NCBI RefSeq assembly: GCF_017348835.2 | Contig: NZ_CP071375.1 | Reading direction: 5' to 3' (one strand) | DNA: 64,000 nt | Source of the DNA: Escherichia coli | Lineage (GTDB): Bacteria; Pseudomonadota; Gammaproteobacteria; Enterobacterales; Enterobacteriaceae | The notes under the pieces: generated by a model | Database searches by the model: none | What the model saw: the letters and a program-made list of their open reading frames with translations, nothing else | What the model was told of the DNA's origin: nothing | Translations under genes and position numbers: made by a program | Shown here: positions 51,648 to 63,834 of the stretch, one piece after another | Position numbering within the stretch: position 1 is the first letter of the stretch | How the letters are laid out: each line of letters begins with the position of its first letter

Positions 51648-53381
51648 TTAATAACCCGCCGTTAAATCATCCACCGAGCGCGGATCGGATGCGCCGTACA
51701 ACTCACCGTCCGGCCCAACCATAATGCTTTGTGTACTGCCCATCGCCTCTTTCAGCGCCACTTTCTGACCTTTTGCTTCCAGCAGCTTGAGCGTATCCGG
51801 GCTAAACCCTTTTTCGACACGCAGCTCGTCCGGCAACCACTGATGGTGGAAACGCGGCGCATTGGTCGCTTCGGCGACGTTCATGCCATAATCGATGCTA
51901 TTCACCACCATTTGAAGCACTGTAGTGATGATCCGGCTCCCGCCAGGGCTACCGGTGACCAGCCAGGTTTTACCGTCTTTCACCAAAATGGTGGGTGACA
52001 TCGACGACAGCGGGCGTTTATTCGGCCCGACCGCGTTGGCATCACCGCCCACCAGCCCGTAAACGTTCGGTACGCCCGGTTTGGCGGAGAAATCATCCAT
52101 CTGGTTATTAAGCAGAATACCGCTCTCGCCCGCGACAATACCCGTACCGAAGGTGGTGTTCAGCGTATAGGTCACCGCCACGGCGTTACCGTCTTTATCC
52201 ACCACTGAGTAATGGGTAGTTTGATTACTCTCATAAGGCGCAAGCTTGCCAGGGCGAATCTCGCTGGACGGTTTCGCTTTATTGATATCGATTTGCTCGG
52301 CAATAGATTTGGCATAGGCTTTATTGGTCAGCGCCTGCCACGGGACTTTCATAAAATCCGGGTCGCCAAGATATTCCGAGCGGTCAGCGTAGGCATATTT
52401 CTCCGCTTCTGCCATGATCTGCATCGCATCGGCGCTGCCAAAGCCGTATTTCTTCATATCGAAGTTTTCCAGAATATTGAGGATTTGTACGATATGGATC
52501 CCGCCGGAGGATGGCGGTGGCATGGAGTAAACCTGATACCCGCGATAATCGCCGCTTATCGGTGTGCGTTCGACCGCTTTATACGCCGCTAAATCTTCTT
52601 TAGTGATCAGGCCACCGTTTTTCTGCATCTCCTGGGCAATCTGTTCCGCTATCGTGCCTTTGTAGAATTCGTCCGGGCCGTTTTCGGCAATCATCTCCAG
52701 GCTCTTTGCCAGGTTCGCCTGCACCAGCTTGTCGCCCTTTTTCAGCGGCTCGCCCTCTTTCCAGAAGATAGCCTTGCTGTTTTCGTGATTCGGCAGCACT
52801 TCGCTCCCGTAGGTTTTGAGATCGTCAGCCAGCGCGTCGTTAACGATAAAACCATCGCGTGCCAGTTTAAACGCTGGCTGCACCACTTTGTTCAACGGCA
52901 TTGTGCCGTATTTATCCAACGCCAGCGAGAAACCAGCGACCGTACCGGGCGTGCCGGAAGCCAGATGCGAAGTGAGTGATTTTTTGCTGTCCGGGTTACC
53001 CTGATCATCAAGGAACATATCGCGGGTCGCTTTGGCGGGTGCCATTTCGCGGAAATCGATAGCGGTGGTATTGCCATTTTTCGAGCGGATCAGCATAAAA
53101 CCACCACCGCCCAGATTCCCTGCCTGCGGATGCGTTACCGCCAGCGCGTAGCCCACAGCCACGGCGGCATCAACGGCATTCCCGCCCTCCTTGAGGATAT
53201 CCACCCCCACCTGAGTGGCAGTAGCATCTACAGATGCCACCATCCCCTGTTTCGCGCGTACCGGATGGAAGACATCTTCCTCCACGCCGTAAGAAACAGG
53301 AGGCGCAGCGGCGGCGCTAAAACAACTTCCTGAGAGCAGAGCAGCAATGGCCACCCGGCGTAAAAACGTCGGTTTTATCAT
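51648..53381 (-). CDS. ggt: Gamma-glutamyltranspeptidase
   Basis: Trimmed to MIKPTFLRRVAIAALLSGSCFSAAAA (signal peptide); 577 aa; catalytic Thr in ...NQTTHYSVVD... Confidence 0.9.
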   Translation of the reverse strand: MIKPTFLRRVAIAALLSGSCFSAAAAPPVSYGVEEDVFHPVRAKQGMVASVDATATQVGVDILKEGGNAVDAAVAVGYALAVTHPQAGNLGGGGFMLIRSKNGNTTAIDFREMAPAKATRDMFLDDQGNPDSKKSLTSHLASGTPGTVAGFSLALDKYGTMPLNKVVQPAFKLARDGFIVNDALADDLKTYGSEVLPNHENSKAIFWKEGEPLKKGDKLVQANLAKSLEMIAENGPDEFYKGTIAEQIAQEMQKNGGLITKEDLAAYKAVERTPISGDYRGYQVYSMPPPSSGGIHIVQILNILENFDMKKYGFGSADAMQIMAEAEKYAYADRSEYLGDPDFMKVPWQALTNKAYAKSIAEQIDINKAKPSSEIRPGKLAPYESNQTTHYSVVDKDGNAVAVTYTLNTTFGTGIVAGESGILLNNQMDDFSAKPGVPNVYGLVGGDANAVGPNKRPLSSMSPTILVKDGKTWLVTGSPGGSRIITTVLQMVVNSIDYGMNVAEATNAPRFHHQWLPDELRVEKGFSPDTLKLLEAKGQKVALKEAMGSTQSIMVGPDGELYGASDPRSVDDLTAGY

Positions 53382-53500
53382 CGTTATTCTCCAGAGATTA
53401 ATGGGCAACCCCAGCTAAGCCTGGTATATAACTCTGAATTAATCCTGATGATTGCAGGAAAGGAGTAAACTTAAAGAATATCTTCAGAGGAGGATACGCG

Positions 53501-53941
53501 ATGAAACGACTTCTGATTCTTACGGCACTCCTGCCGTTTGTCGGCTTTGCACAGCCCATTAATACTCTGAATAACCCTAACCAGCCGGGGTATCAGATCC
53601 CCAGTCAGCAGCGGATGCAAACCCAAATGCAAACGCAGCAAATCCAGCCAAAAGGGATGCTGAATCAGCAACTGAAAACGCAAACTCAGTTGCAACAGCA
53701 GCATTTAGAAAACCAGATAAACAATAATTCTCAGCGGGTGTTGCAGTCACAGCCGGGGGAGCGAAATCCCGCCCGGCAGCAAATGCTGCCCAACACCAAC
53801 GGCGGGATGTTAAACAGCAACCGTAATCCGGATAGTTCGTTGAATCAGCAGCATATGCTGCCGGAGAGGAGAAACGGCGACATGCTGAATCAGCCCAGCA
53901 CGCCGCAGCCTGATATACCGTTGAAAACTATTGGGCCGTAA
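53501..53941 (+). CDS. yhhA: Gln-rich secreted protein YhhA (DUF2756)
   Basis: 146 aa; signal peptide then Q-rich low-complexity sequence. Confidence 0.85.
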   Translation: MKRLLILTALLPFVGFAQPINTLNNPNQPGYQIPSQQRMQTQMQTQQIQPKGMLNQQLKTQTQLQQQHLENQINNNSQRVLQSQPGERNPARQQMLPNTNGGMLNSNRNPDSSLNQQHMLPERRNGDMLNQPSTPQPDIPLKTIGP

Positions 53942-54671
53942 AGTTCGGACCTATCACGTCAATGGCATCGGTACAGATGCAATCCACGCCCCAGCGCAGC
54001 AACTCTGCCGCGCGCTGGGGTTTATTGACGGTATAAACCAGAATCCGTAATCCGGCGTCTTTTAACTGCATCACTCGCGCTTTATCGAGCAACTTATGAT
54101 TGAGATGAATAGAGACGCAGCCCAGCCGCGTGGTCAGTTCGCGCCAGTCGTCGCGCCATTCATCCAGCAACAAACCGCGCGGCAGTTCTGGTACTGCCTG
54201 TTGTGCGGCTTCTAAAGCATCAATCTCAAACGATGACAGCAGCGGCGGCGTCATTCCGGCCCACAGTTCGCGTGCCGCCAGCGCCACCATTTTGCCCGTT
54301 AATGGCCCAGTGCCAGTGGTGGGTTTGATTTCGATATTCGCCATCATCCCATGTTCGCGACAGCGTTCCGCCACCTGCGAAAGCAACGGCAGCGGCTCAC
54401 CTTTAAACGCTTTGCTGTACCAACTGCCCGCATCCACGCGCAGTAAATCCTGCCAGTTCAGTTCACCCGCGACGCCCCAGCCGTTGCTGGTGCGTTCGAG
54501 GTTGTCATCATGGAGCAGAAAGATCTCGCCATCTTTCGATAACTTCGCGTCAAATTCGATCATCTTATGACCGTATTTTGCCCCAACGTCGATTGCCGCC
54601 AGGGTGTTTTCCGGGGCCAGCTTACCGCCGCCACGATGAGCGACGATGCGGGGATAAGGCCAGTTACTCAT
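53928..54671 (-). CDS. ugpQ: Glycerophosphodiester phosphodiesterase (cytoplasmic)
   Basis: 247 aa; [16 protein letters not shown]... Confidence 0.9.
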   Translation of the reverse strand: MSNWPYPRIVAHRGGGKLAPENTLAAIDVGAKYGHKMIEFDAKLSKDGEIFLLHDDNLERTSNGWGVAGELNWQDLLRVDAGSWYSKAFKGEPLPLLSQVAERCREHGMMANIEIKPTTGTGPLTGKMVALAARELWAGMTPPLLSSFEIDALEAAQQAVPELPRGLLLDEWRDDWRELTTRLGCVSIHLNHKLLDKARVMQLKDAGLRILVYTVNKPQRAAELLRWGVDCICTDAIDVIGPNFTAQ

Positions 54672-55738
54672 ACTCGTTGTCCTGTTTCACCATCAAAAAG
54701 ATGCAGCTGATTTTCCGCCAGATGCAGCCACAGCGTGCTGCCTGCCGTCGGGCGCTCCTGATGCGCCAGTCGCACCACCAGCTTCTGTTCGCCCCAGCGT
54801 CCGTGCGCCAGGTTATCTGCGCCGAGGATCTCCAGCGTGTCCATCACCAGCGGAACGCCACCTTCTGCCTGCGAGCTTAGCGCAATATGTTCCGGGCGAA
54901 TGCCGAGAGTCATTTTACGCCCGGCATACTGACGGTAGCCACCGTTTAGCGGCAGCACAATACCGCCGTCCAGTTCGAAATGCGTGCCTTCGTTATTCAC
55001 GCGGCCTGTCAGCAGGTTCATCGCCGGGCTACCGATAAAACTCGCCACAAACAGACTGGCGGGCTTTTCGTAGACTTCAACTGGCGTGCCAATCTGTTCA
55101 GCAACGCCGCCGTTCATCACCATTACTCGCTGGGCGAGGGTCATCGCCTCAACCTGATCGTGAGTAACGTAGAGTGAAGTCGTTTTCAGGCGACGGTGCA
55201 GCTGTTGCAGTTCAAGACGCATCTGTACGCGCAGCTTGGCATCGAGGTTAGAGAGCGGCTCATCAAACAGGAACACCGCCGGATCGCGCACAATTGCGCG
55301 GCCCATCGCCACACGCTGACGCTGACCACCGGAAAGCTCGCGTGGGCGACGTTTGAGCAGGCCGTCCAGCTCCAGAATGCGCGCCGCTTCTTTAACGCGC
55401 TCGGCAATTTGCTGCTTGCCCATGCCGCGAATTTTCAGCCCCCACGCCATGTTTTCTTCAACACTCATATGCGGATAAAGCGCGTAGTTCTGGAACACCA
55501 TCGCAATCCCGCGATCTTTCGGCTCCATTTCGGTCACCCGCTGGTCGTTGATCCAGATATCGCCTTCCGTCACCCGCTCCAGCCCAGCAACCATGCGCAG
55601 CAGCGTCGATTTCCCGCAGCCTGACGGCCCGACCATCACGATAAATTCGCCATCCGCCACATCAAGGGTCAGCGGTTTAATCACCTGGGTTTTGCCATCC
55701 CAGCTTTTAGTTACTGCCTGTAATTTCAGTCCTGCCAT
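54668..55738 (-). CDS. ugpC: sn-glycerol-3-phosphate ABC transporter ATPase
   Basis: Trimmed to [15 protein letters not shown]...; 356 aa; Walker [10 protein letters not shown]. Confidence 0.9.
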   Translation of the reverse strand: MAGLKLQAVTKSWDGKTQVIKPLTLDVADGEFIVMVGPSGCGKSTLLRMVAGLERVTEGDIWINDQRVTEMEPKDRGIAMVFQNYALYPHMSVEENMAWGLKIRGMGKQQIAERVKEAARILELDGLLKRRPRELSGGQRQRVAMGRAIVRDPAVFLFDEPLSNLDAKLRVQMRLELQQLHRRLKTTSLYVTHDQVEAMTLAQRVMVMNGGVAEQIGTPVEVYEKPASLFVASFIGSPAMNLLTGRVNNEGTHFELDGGIVLPLNGGYRQYAGRKMTLGIRPEHIALSSQAEGGVPLVMDTLEILGADNLAHGRWGEQKLVVRLAHQERPTAGSTLWLHLAENQLHLFDGETGQRV

Positions 55739-55739
55739 C

Positions 55740-56585
55740 TTATTTCTCACTATCGACCAGGCCGCGCACGAAGGCACGCTGCATCACTAAAACAATCACT
55801 ACTGGTGGGATCAGGGTTAACAACATCGCAGCCATCACCGAGTTCCATTCTGTGGTGCCTTCGCCAGTGGCGATCATCCCTTTGATCCCTGCCACGGTGG
55901 TGCCGAGATCCACGTCGGTAATAATCAACAACGGCCACAAATACTGGTTCCAGCCGTAAATAAAGGTGATCACAAACAACGCCGCCAGATTAGTTTTGGA
56001 CAACGGAAAAACGATGTCGCAAAAGAAGCGCATTGGCGACGCGCCGTCGATCCGCGCGGCTTCCACCAGTTCATCCGGTAGGGTCATAAAGAACTGGCGG
56101 AAAAGAAACGTCGCGGTCGCCGAGGCCATCAGCGGCAGCGTTAAACCTGCGTAGCTGTCGAGCATCTTCAGGTTGGCGATGACTTCCACCGTCGGGAAGA
56201 TACGTACTTCAACCGGCAACATCAGGGTGATAAAAATCATCCAGAAAAAGAGGTTACGCAGCGGAAAACGAAACCAGACAATGGCGAATGCCGAGAGCAT
56301 CGAGACGGTAATTTTGCCGAGCGTAATGCTGAACGCCATCACGAAGCTGTTAAGCAACATCCGCCAGAACGGCGCACTATTTGTGCCTACCCCGTTTACC
56401 CAGATGTTGTGGATGTTTTCCAGCAGATGCGTGCCGGGGATGAGCGTCATCGGCGCGGCGTAGACGGCCTGTTTATCCAGCGTCGCCGCGACAAACGCCA
56501 CGTACAGCGGGAAGAGGATCACCGCGATCCCGAGGATCAGCATGGTATGGCTGAATATCGTCAGCCACGGACGGTTCTCAATCAT
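55740..56585 (-). CDS. ugpE: sn-glycerol-3-phosphate ABC transporter permease
   Basis: 281 aa polytopic. Confidence 0.9.
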
Positions 56586-57469
56586 TGGTAACGCACCTTG
56601 CTTTCAACATAGCGGAACTGCACCACCGTCAGCACGATGACGAGGAACATCAACACCACCGACTGTGCGGCAGACGAAGCCAGATCCAGTCCGGTAAAGC
56701 CTTCGCGGTAGATCTTATAAATCAGCGTCGTGGTGGCCTGAACCGGCCCGCCGGACGTGGCGGCGTCGATCACCGGGAAGGTGTCGAAGAAGGCATACAC
56801 CAGGTTCACTACCAGCAGGAAGAAACTCACCGGGGCGATAAGCGGCAGCGCAATCTTAAAGAAGCGGCGAATCGGCCCTGCACCGTCGATGGCTGCGGCT
56901 TCGATCAACGAACGGGGAATGGATTGCAGCGCGGCATAGAAGAACAGGAAGTTGTAGCTGATTTGCTTCCACACCGAGGCAAACACCACCAGAAACATTG
57001 CCTGACCGCTGTTTTGTGCGTGGTTCCAGTCGTAGCCGAACTCAGCGAGAAAATGGGTGATCAGCCCGCGACCGGGGTTAAACAGGAAGATCCACAATAC
57101 GGCGGCAACGGCGGGAGCCACGGCATACGGCAGCAGCATCAAGGTTTGATAGAAACGACTGCCGCGCACGATGTACTCCACCAGCGCCGCAAAGAACAGC
57201 GATACCAGCAAACCGCTGACGGTGACAAAGGTGCTGAATTTAATCGTCGTCCAGAAGGAGTCGATATAGTAGCTGTCATGAAACAGCGCGACGAAGTTAT
57301 CCAGGCCGACAAACTGGCTGGAGAAACCAAACGGATCGACGCTTTGCAGCGAGTACCACAACGCTTCGCCCGCAGGCCAGATAAAAAAGATAACGGTGAT
57401 GATGAGCTGCGGCGCGACCAGCAAATAAGGCAGCCAGCGCGAGCGGAACACCAGACGGGATGATGACAT
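56582..57469 (-). CDS. ugpA: sn-glycerol-3-phosphate ABC transporter permease
   Basis: 295 aa polytopic; overlaps the ugpE start. Confidence 0.9.
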
Positions 57470-57490
57470 TACGGTTAATTCCTGAACTGT

Positions 57491-57560
57491 GCCGGATGCG
57501 CTTCGCTTATCCGGCCTACACGCGATGCCAGGTCAGATAAGCGAAACGCATCCGACATTA
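57491..57560. repeat. REP/BIME elements between ugpB and ugpA
   Basis: gccggatgcgcttcgcttatccggcctaca plus an inverted REP-like copy (gataagcgaaacgcatccg). Confidence 0.6.
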
Positions 57561-57566
57561 CACTGA

Positions 57567-58883
57567 TTAAGACTTCGTCGATTTCTCAAAGCGGCGCAGC
57601 AACTGATTTCCACGCTCAACGGCGGTATCCAGTGCCTGCTGTGGTGTCTTCTTACCGGTCCACACGCTCTCCAGCTCTTCATCCACAATCACGCGGATCT
57701 GCGGCATGTTGCCCAGACGCAGACCTTTGGTGAACGGCAACGGCGGCTTGTTCAGCATCTGACGCGTCGCGGTATCCGCCCCTGGGTTTTTCTCGTAAAA
57801 GCCCTGCTCACGAGTCAGGTCATACGCCGCTTTGGTGATTGGCAGATAACCGGTTTTCTGATGCCACTCGGCAGCATTTTCTGGCTTCGCGAGGAAGTCG
57901 AGGAACTTCGCCACACCTGTATACGTTTCTTTATCTTTGCCCTGCATCACCCACAGGCTGGCTCCGCCGATAATGGCATTTTGTGGCGCATCTTTCGCAT
58001 CAGCGTCGTAAGGCATCATGCCTACGCCGTAGTTAAATTTGGCGTACTCGCGAATGTTGGCAAGAGAACCGGAAGAGGCGGTCGTCATCGCGCAATCACC
58101 GTTATAGAACTTCTCGGTGGATTCATCCTTACGCCCGACGTAGCTGAAATCGCCCTTCTTGTTCATATCTTCGAGCATGGCGATGTGTTTCACCTGCTCC
58201 GGCTTGTTGAACTCCAGCACCGCATCCGTGCCGTCAAAGCCGTTGTTTTTGCTGGCAAACGGCAGACCGTTCCAGGCGCTAAAGTTTTCCAGTTGGATCC
58301 AGCCCTGCCAGCCGCTGGCGTAGCCGCACTTCATTCCGGAGGCTTTCAGTTTTGCAGAATAGTCCGCCAGATCCTGCCAGGTTTTCGGCGGCTGTTCCGG
58401 GTCTAATCCTGCTTTCTTGAAGGCGTCTTTGTTGTAATAGAGAACGGGGGTCGAGCTGTTGAATGGCTGGGAGAGTAAGTGGCCCGTTTTGCTGTCGGAG
58501 TAGTAACCGGAAACCGTCGGCACAAACTGCGACTCATCGAATTGAATCCCCGCCTCTTTAAACACGTCATATACCGGTTTAATGGCATTCGACGCCATCA
58601 TGGTGGCGGTGCCAACTTCATAAACCTGCAAAATAGCCGGAGCATTGCCGGTACGAAATGCGGCAATCCCCGCGCTTAAATTCTGTTCGTAGTTGCCTTT
58701 ATAGGTCGGTACAATTTTGTAATCCGGGTTTTCGGCGTTAAAACGTTGGGCCAGAGAATCCACCTCTTTACCCAGTTCCCCTTCCATAGAATGCCAGAAC
58801 GGAATGGTTGTCACTGCCTGTGCATTCCCCATTAACGCCAGTCCGAGCGCCAGTGCTGAAGCTGTATAATGTAACGGTTTCAT
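57567..58883 (-). CDS. ugpB: sn-glycerol-3-phosphate periplasmic binding protein
   Basis: 438 aa with signal peptide. Confidence 0.92.
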   Translation of the reverse strand: MKPLHYTASALALGLALMGNAQAVTTIPFWHSMEGELGKEVDSLAQRFNAENPDYKIVPTYKGNYEQNLSAGIAAFRTGNAPAILQVYEVGTATMMASNAIKPVYDVFKEAGIQFDESQFVPTVSGYYSDSKTGHLLSQPFNSSTPVLYYNKDAFKKAGLDPEQPPKTWQDLADYSAKLKASGMKCGYASGWQGWIQLENFSAWNGLPFASKNNGFDGTDAVLEFNKPEQVKHIAMLEDMNKKGDFSYVGRKDESTEKFYNGDCAMTTASSGSLANIREYAKFNYGVGMMPYDADAKDAPQNAIIGGASLWVMQGKDKETYTGVAKFLDFLAKPENAAEWHQKTGYLPITKAAYDLTREQGFYEKNPGADTATRQMLNKPPLPFTKGLRLGNMPQIRVIVDEELESVWTGKKTPQQALDTAVERGNQLLRRFEKSTKS

Positions 58884-59001
58884 CGTTTATCTCTCTTGTT
58901 GTACCGAATGCGCGAATTCACGCGTTTTATGCTCGCGGGGTAACATGAAATGCTCGAATTACAGAAAAATAACTTTTTTGTTACATTTGTAAGATAGTAA
59001 G

Positions 59002-59030
59002 GTGTCAGAAAGATGACAAGGCGGTGACGG
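59002..59030 (-). promoter_or_regulatory. Candidate Pho boxes of the ugpB promoter
   Basis: Minus strand ccgtcaccgccttgtcatctttctgacac, repeated (C/T)TGTCA(T/C)-type half-sites. Confidence 0.45.
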
Positions 59031-59242
59031 TACGGGTGAGGGAAAATGGGAGAAGGGGCACGGATATCCCGAGAATGCACTGAAAAGAGGCGATTAACGG
59101 CCAGCTAATCGCCAGAACTCCTTACCATGAAGAGCAAAAATGGCAGCAAATTCTGCGTCCAGTTTTGCTGCCCGATGAGAGCTACATTTTTCAATTTTAA
59201 CAAAAGATTGCCGCGACACTGGTCTAACGGCAAAGAAGATTT

Positions 59243-59989
59243 TCATTGCACCACACTCTGCTTCAACCATTCATTGGCGGTCTTAATCCATTCCCGGTGG
59301 TGTTTTCTATAATGAGGTCTTGAGCGTTTAGCCGTATCAACTACAGCAACATACTGCTCGTTGGCTTCACGTAACCGACTCATTTTCGCCAACATTTCCG
59401 CATAGTAAATACGCGCCTGCGGGCCGGGGTAATAAGAAATCAATACTTCAAACTCGCTTTCCGCATCAGCGTATTTTTCTTGTGCGGCTAACGTTCTGGC
59501 AAATAACAAATGCCCGTCTGCCGACTGAAAATCAGGGTTATAACGCATCACATCTTCCAGCGTCTGCTGACAGGCGGCGAACTCCTGAATAGCAAACTGT
59601 GCCTGCGCCAGGCTTAGCATCATTGCCGCTTCATGGGCGAATATCCCGCTTAACGCCTGCTGATAATGGGGAACAGCTTCGTGATAACGCCCCAGGCGCG
59701 CCAGTTCATTAGCCAACGCATAATGGTTTTGATTCGTCTCGGCAATCGCCAGTTCTTCGGTTAATTTGCGCAGGTGGCGCTCAGGGTTGAGTTTGTCCTG
59801 CAGGCGCATCAGCAAAGTATGCCCGTGACGGTCAGCGCCCGTTTCAGGCAGCATCACTATGACGAAATACGCCACGCAGCCAATCACCGGAAAACAGAAA
59901 ATGATAAAAATCCAGTACCGCTCTTGTCCGGTACGGTAAGCGTGAATACAGCAAAGCAGTTCAAGCATGACAACAACGGCATAATGCAT
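59243..59989 (-). CDS. Membrane protein with PLDc_N-like N-terminal hairpin and TPR-like repeats, function unknown
   Basis: 248 aa; N-terminus ...RYWIFIIFCFPVIGCVAYFVIVM...; helical repeat region (ALANELARLGRYHEAVPHYQQAL...); not expected between ugpB and livF from my recollection of K-12. Confidence 0.55.
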   Translation of the reverse strand: MHYAVVVMLELLCCIHAYRTGQERYWIFIIFCFPVIGCVAYFVIVMLPETGADRHGHTLLMRLQDKLNPERHLRKLTEELAIAETNQNHYALANELARLGRYHEAVPHYQQALSGIFAHEAAMMLSLAQAQFAIQEFAACQQTLEDVMRYNPDFQSADGHLLFARTLAAQEKYADAESEFEVLISYYPGPQARIYYAEMLAKMSRLREANEQYVAVVDTAKRSRPHYRKHHREWIKTANEWLKQSVVQ

Positions 59990-60107
59990 GGGAGGGAACC
60001 TTTCCGTGGCAAATAAGTGGTCTGGTTTTAATCCTCCCGGTCAGTTGAAACAAGTCTGTATACGGACGAATAACCCGGCAGAACTTAGCTGCCGGGTTAT
60101 CGATAAT

Positions 60108-60821
60108 TTACCCGCCTAAATACGCACTTCTCACTGCTTCGTTCGCCAGCAGCGCATCGCCGGTATCGGAGAGCACAACATGGCCGTTTTCCAGCACGTA
60201 GCCGCGATCAGCGAGCTTCAGCGCCTGGTTGGCGTTCTGCTCGACGAGGAAGATAGTCATCCCCTGCTCGCGCAGCTGCTCGATGGTGTCGAAAATTTGC
60301 TGGATGATAATCGGCGCAAGACCGAGCGATGGCTCATCAAGCAACAACAAACGCGGGTTGCTCATCAGCGCGCGACCAATCGCCAGCATCTGCTGTTCAC
60401 CGCCGGACATGGTGCCTGCCCGCTGAACACGGCGCTCATGCAGACGCGGGAACAGTTCATACACCCACTTTATGCGCTCCTGGAACTGGTCGCGTTCGGC
60501 AAAGAAGCCGCCCATCGCCAGGTTCTCTTCCACCGTCATCCGCGAGAAGACGCGACGCCCTTCCGGGACAATCGCTACCGCTTCGCGCATGATTTTCGCC
60601 GTCTGCCAGTCGGTAATGTCTTTATCATCAAACACAATTCGCCCGCTGGTGGCGCGTGGATCGCCGCATAATGTGCCAAGCAAGGTGGTTTTCCCCGCCC
60701 CGTTCGCGCCAATGAGGGTGACAATCTCACCCTGATTGATATGCAGGCTCACCTCATGCAGCGCCTGGATTTTGCCGTAGTGGGCGCTGACTTTGTCAAA
60801 GGACAACATGACTTTTTCCAT
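60108..60821 (-). CDS. livF: Branched-chain amino acid ABC transporter ATPase
   Basis: Trimmed to MEKVMLSFDKVSAHYGKIQAL...; 237 aa; Walker A GANGAGKTT. Confidence 0.9.
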   Translation of the reverse strand: MEKVMLSFDKVSAHYGKIQALHEVSLHINQGEIVTLIGANGAGKTTLLGTLCGDPRATSGRIVFDDKDITDWQTAKIMREAVAIVPEGRRVFSRMTVEENLAMGGFFAERDQFQERIKWVYELFPRLHERRVQRAGTMSGGEQQMLAIGRALMSNPRLLLLDEPSLGLAPIIIQQIFDTIEQLREQGMTIFLVEQNANQALKLADRGYVLENGHVVLSDTGDALLANEAVRSAYLGG

Positions 60822-60822
60822 C

Positions 60823-61590
60823 TTATGCCTCACCTAAATAGGCACGGATCACGTCCGGGTTATTACGGATTTGCTCCGGCGTACCGTTTGCCAGCGGCGT
60901 CCCCTGATTGACCACGTAAATTCGGTCCGAAATTCCCATCACCAGCTTCATATCGTGTTCAATCAACAAGATAGTGGTGTTGTGATGATTGCGCAGTTCG
61001 GCAATCAGCTCATCCAGCTCTTTCGTTTCTTTCGGGTTAAGACCTGCCGCAGGTTCGTCGAGCATTAAAATCTCCGGCTGCGTCACCATGCAGCGGGCGA
61101 TCTCCAGACGGCGCTGGTCACCGTAGGCCAGGTTACTCGCCTGACGGTTGGCGTGTTCCAGCAAACCAATGCGCTCAAGCCAGGTGGCGGCGCGGTCGAG
61201 CGCTTCACTTTGGGCGCGACGGAAAGACGGCGTTTTCAACAGGCCTGAGAACAGCCCGGTTTTCAGTTGCTGATGCTGCGCCACCAGCAGGTTTTCAATT
61301 ACTGTCATTTCACGGAACAGACGCACATGCTGGAAGGTACGCACCACGCCCATGCGGGCGATTTGCTGCCCCGGCAAACCCTCCAGATGCTGATCGCGCA
61401 GTAAAATAGTGCCGCCGGTGGGTTTGTAGAATCCGGTCAGGCAGTTGAAGACCGTCGTTTTTCCGGCACCGTTAGGGCCGATTAACGAGACGATCTCCTG
61501 CGGGTACAGTTCGAGATTGACGTTGTTCACCGCCAGCAGGCCGCCGAAGCGCATCATCAGGCCGTTAACAGATAATAATGGCTGACTCAT
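60823..61590 (-). CDS. livG: Branched-chain amino acid ABC transporter ATPase
   Basis: 255 aa; Walker [10 protein letters not shown]. Confidence 0.9.
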   Translation of the reverse strand: MSQPLLSVNGLMMRFGGLLAVNNVNLELYPQEIVSLIGPNGAGKTTVFNCLTGFYKPTGGTILLRDQHLEGLPGQQIARMGVVRTFQHVRLFREMTVIENLLVAQHQQLKTGLFSGLLKTPSFRRAQSEALDRAATWLERIGLLEHANRQASNLAYGDQRRLEIARCMVTQPEILMLDEPAAGLNPKETKELDELIAELRNHHNTTILLIEHDMKLVMGISDRIYVVNQGTPLANGTPEQIRNNPDVIRAYLGEA

Positions 61591-62864
61591 GCCTGCTCTC
61601 CTTTCGCTGCGCCGTTTTTCAGCTTCAGTTGCGGGCGCGTCATGGGCAGCAAGCCCTGCGGACGCCAGATCATCATCAGCACCATCAAACCACCGAGCAT
61701 TAACATGCTGTATTCGTTGAAATCACGCATCAACTCGCGCGATACCACCAGCAGAACAGCCGCCAGAATCACTGCAAATTGCGAGCCCATACCGCCGAGC
61801 ACCACTATCGCCAGTACAAAGGCTGATTCGGCAAAGGTGAAGGATTCCGGGCTGACAAAGCCCTGGCGCGCAGCAAACAGCGTTCCGGCAAAACCGGCAA
61901 ACGCGGCGCTGATGGTAAAGGCAGTCAGCTTGATACGACGCGGGCTTAAGCCCAGCGAACGGCAGGCGATCTCGTCTTCACGCAACGCTTCCCACGCACG
62001 CCCCAGCGGCATCCGCAGCAGGCGGTTAATGACAAACAGGCTTAACACCACCAGCAGCAACGCCACCAGGTAGAGGAAGATGACGCGATCGGAGGGATCG
62101 TATTTCAGGCCAAAGAAATTACTGAACGTGTCCCAGCCGCCTTCGCGGGCGGTACGGCTGAACTCAAGGCCGAAGAAAGTCGGTTTCGGGATCTGACTGA
62201 TACCGTTCGGGCCGCCGGTAATTTCGGTGTTATTGAGCAGCAATATGCGCACAATTTCGCCGAAACCGAGGGTAACGATCGCCAGATAGTCACCGCGCAG
62301 ACGCAGCACCGGAAAGCCGAGCAGGAAGCCCGCCGCCGCCGCCATTAACCCGGCAATCGGCAGACAGGTCCAGAAGCCCAAACCGTAATAGTGATTGAGC
62401 AGCGCAAAAGTGTAAGCGCCGATGGCGTAAAAGCCGCCGTACCCCAGCACCAGCAGACCAGAAAGACCAACAACCACGTTCAGCCCGAGTCCGAGGATAA
62501 TGTAGATCATGGTCAGGGTGGCGATATCCACCGTCCCGCGTGAGACCATAAACGGCCACGCCACCGCAAGCACCAGCAGCGCCACGAGAAACAGCTTTTG
62601 CTTCACCGTGGAGCCATCAATGGCGGGCAGAATAAACTTCGGTCCGGAAACGCTTTTCAACCCTTTCTGGAAAGCCGGTCGCAAAAGCTGGAAGAAAAAG
62701 ACCACCGCCGTGCCGATAAACACCCACTGCCAACGGATGTCTGAAGCCGTGTCGACCACCAGTTTGGTGCCATCCAGCTCCAGTTGTACGCCCATAAAGA
62801 CGCCCGCCAGGACAAAAAACATCGCGGCAGAGAGCAACGCCATTGCAATATGCATCGGTTTCAT
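61587..62864 (-). CDS. livM: Branched-chain amino acid ABC transporter permease
   Basis: 425 aa polytopic. Confidence 0.9.
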   Translation of the reverse strand: MKPMHIAMALLSAAMFFVLAGVFMGVQLELDGTKLVVDTASDIRWQWVFIGTAVVFFFQLLRPAFQKGLKSVSGPKFILPAIDGSTVKQKLFLVALLVLAVAWPFMVSRGTVDIATLTMIYIILGLGLNVVVGLSGLLVLGYGGFYAIGAYTFALLNHYYGLGFWTCLPIAGLMAAAAGFLLGFPVLRLRGDYLAIVTLGFGEIVRILLLNNTEITGGPNGISQIPKPTFFGLEFSRTAREGGWDTFSNFFGLKYDPSDRVIFLYLVALLLVVLSLFVINRLLRMPLGRAWEALREDEIACRSLGLSPRRIKLTAFTISAAFAGFAGTLFAARQGFVSPESFTFAESAFVLAIVVLGGMGSQFAVILAAVLLVVSRELMRDFNEYSMLMLGGLMVLMMIWRPQGLLPMTRPQLKLKNGAAKGEQA

Positions 62865-63787
62865 ACTTTCTCTACCTCCGGGCGACCCAGAATACCGGTC
62901 GGCATCACCAGCAGCACCAGAATCAGCAAGGCGAATGAGACCACATCTTTATATTCCGTACTCAGATAGGCAGAAGAGAGCGCCTCCGCAATCCCCAGGA
63001 TCAGCCCGCCAATCATCGCTCCCGGAATGCTGCCAATCCCACCGAGCACCGCCGCGGTAAAGGCTTTCATCCCGGCCATAAAGCCGATATAGGGGTTAAT
63101 GACGCCGTAGAACTGACCGAGCAGTACACCGGCCACCGCCGCCATCGCTGCGCCAATTACAAAGGTCAGCGCAATCACCCGGTCGGTGTTAATGCCAAGC
63201 AGACTCGCCATTTTCAGATCTTCGGCGCAGGCACGACACGCGCGCCCCATGCGGGAATAGCGAATGAAAATCGTCAGCGCCAGCATGGCGAGGAAGGTGA
63301 CAATCCAGATCACCGCCTGCATGGTGGTAATAGAGGCAGAGAAGTTTTCGCTATGACCCACTACCCACTGACCATTAAACAAGCTGGGCAGCGCCACGTC
63401 GCGCGAACCTTCAGTCAGGCTGACGTAGTTTTGCAGGAAGATGGACATACCGATTGCCGAGATGAGTGCAATCAGGCGCTTAGAGTTACGCACCGGGCGG
63501 TAAGCCACCCGTTCGATACTCCAGCCGTAGGCGCTGGCAATGACGATTGCGCCGACGAATCCCGCCGCTACCAGCAGCCAGCCGGTATCAATGCCCATCA
63601 TCATCAGTGCGGCGATGATCATAAATGAGACGTAGCTGCCGATCATGTAAACCTCGCCGTGGGCGAAGTTGATCATGCCGATAATGCCGTAAACCATGGT
63701 GTAGCCGATGGCAATCAGCGCGTAAGTACTGCCCAGCGTGACGCCGTTAAACATCTGCTGCAAGAAATACAAAAACTGCTCAGACAT
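62861..63787 (-). CDS. livH: Branched-chain amino acid ABC transporter permease
   Basis: 308 aa polytopic. Confidence 0.9.
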   Translation of the reverse strand: MSEQFLYFLQQMFNGVTLGSTYALIAIGYTMVYGIIGMINFAHGEVYMIGSYVSFMIIAALMMMGIDTGWLLVAAGFVGAIVIASAYGWSIERVAYRPVRNSKRLIALISAIGMSIFLQNYVSLTEGSRDVALPSLFNGQWVVGHSENFSASITTMQAVIWIVTFLAMLALTIFIRYSRMGRACRACAEDLKMASLLGINTDRVIALTFVIGAAMAAVAGVLLGQFYGVINPYIGFMAGMKAFTAAVLGGIGSIPGAMIGGLILGIAEALSSAYLSTEYKDVVSFALLILVLLVMPTGILGRPEVEKV

Positions 63788-63800
63788 AAGGTAACCTTTC

Positions 63801-63830
63801 TAAACCCGCCCGCATTTCACGGGCGGTGGG
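63801..63830 (-). terminator. GC-rich hairpin between livK and livH
   Basis: cccgcccg-catttca-cgggcgg inverted repeat in the intergenic space. Confidence 0.4.
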
Positions 63831-63834
63831 ATTT

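Noticed and set aside
53290-53381. Apparent 3-aa shortening in the Ggt signal-peptide region (577 versus the 580 aa I recall for K-12)
   Set aside because: It depends on recalled reference sequence; an in-frame indel in a signal peptide is of low consequence and unverifiable here.
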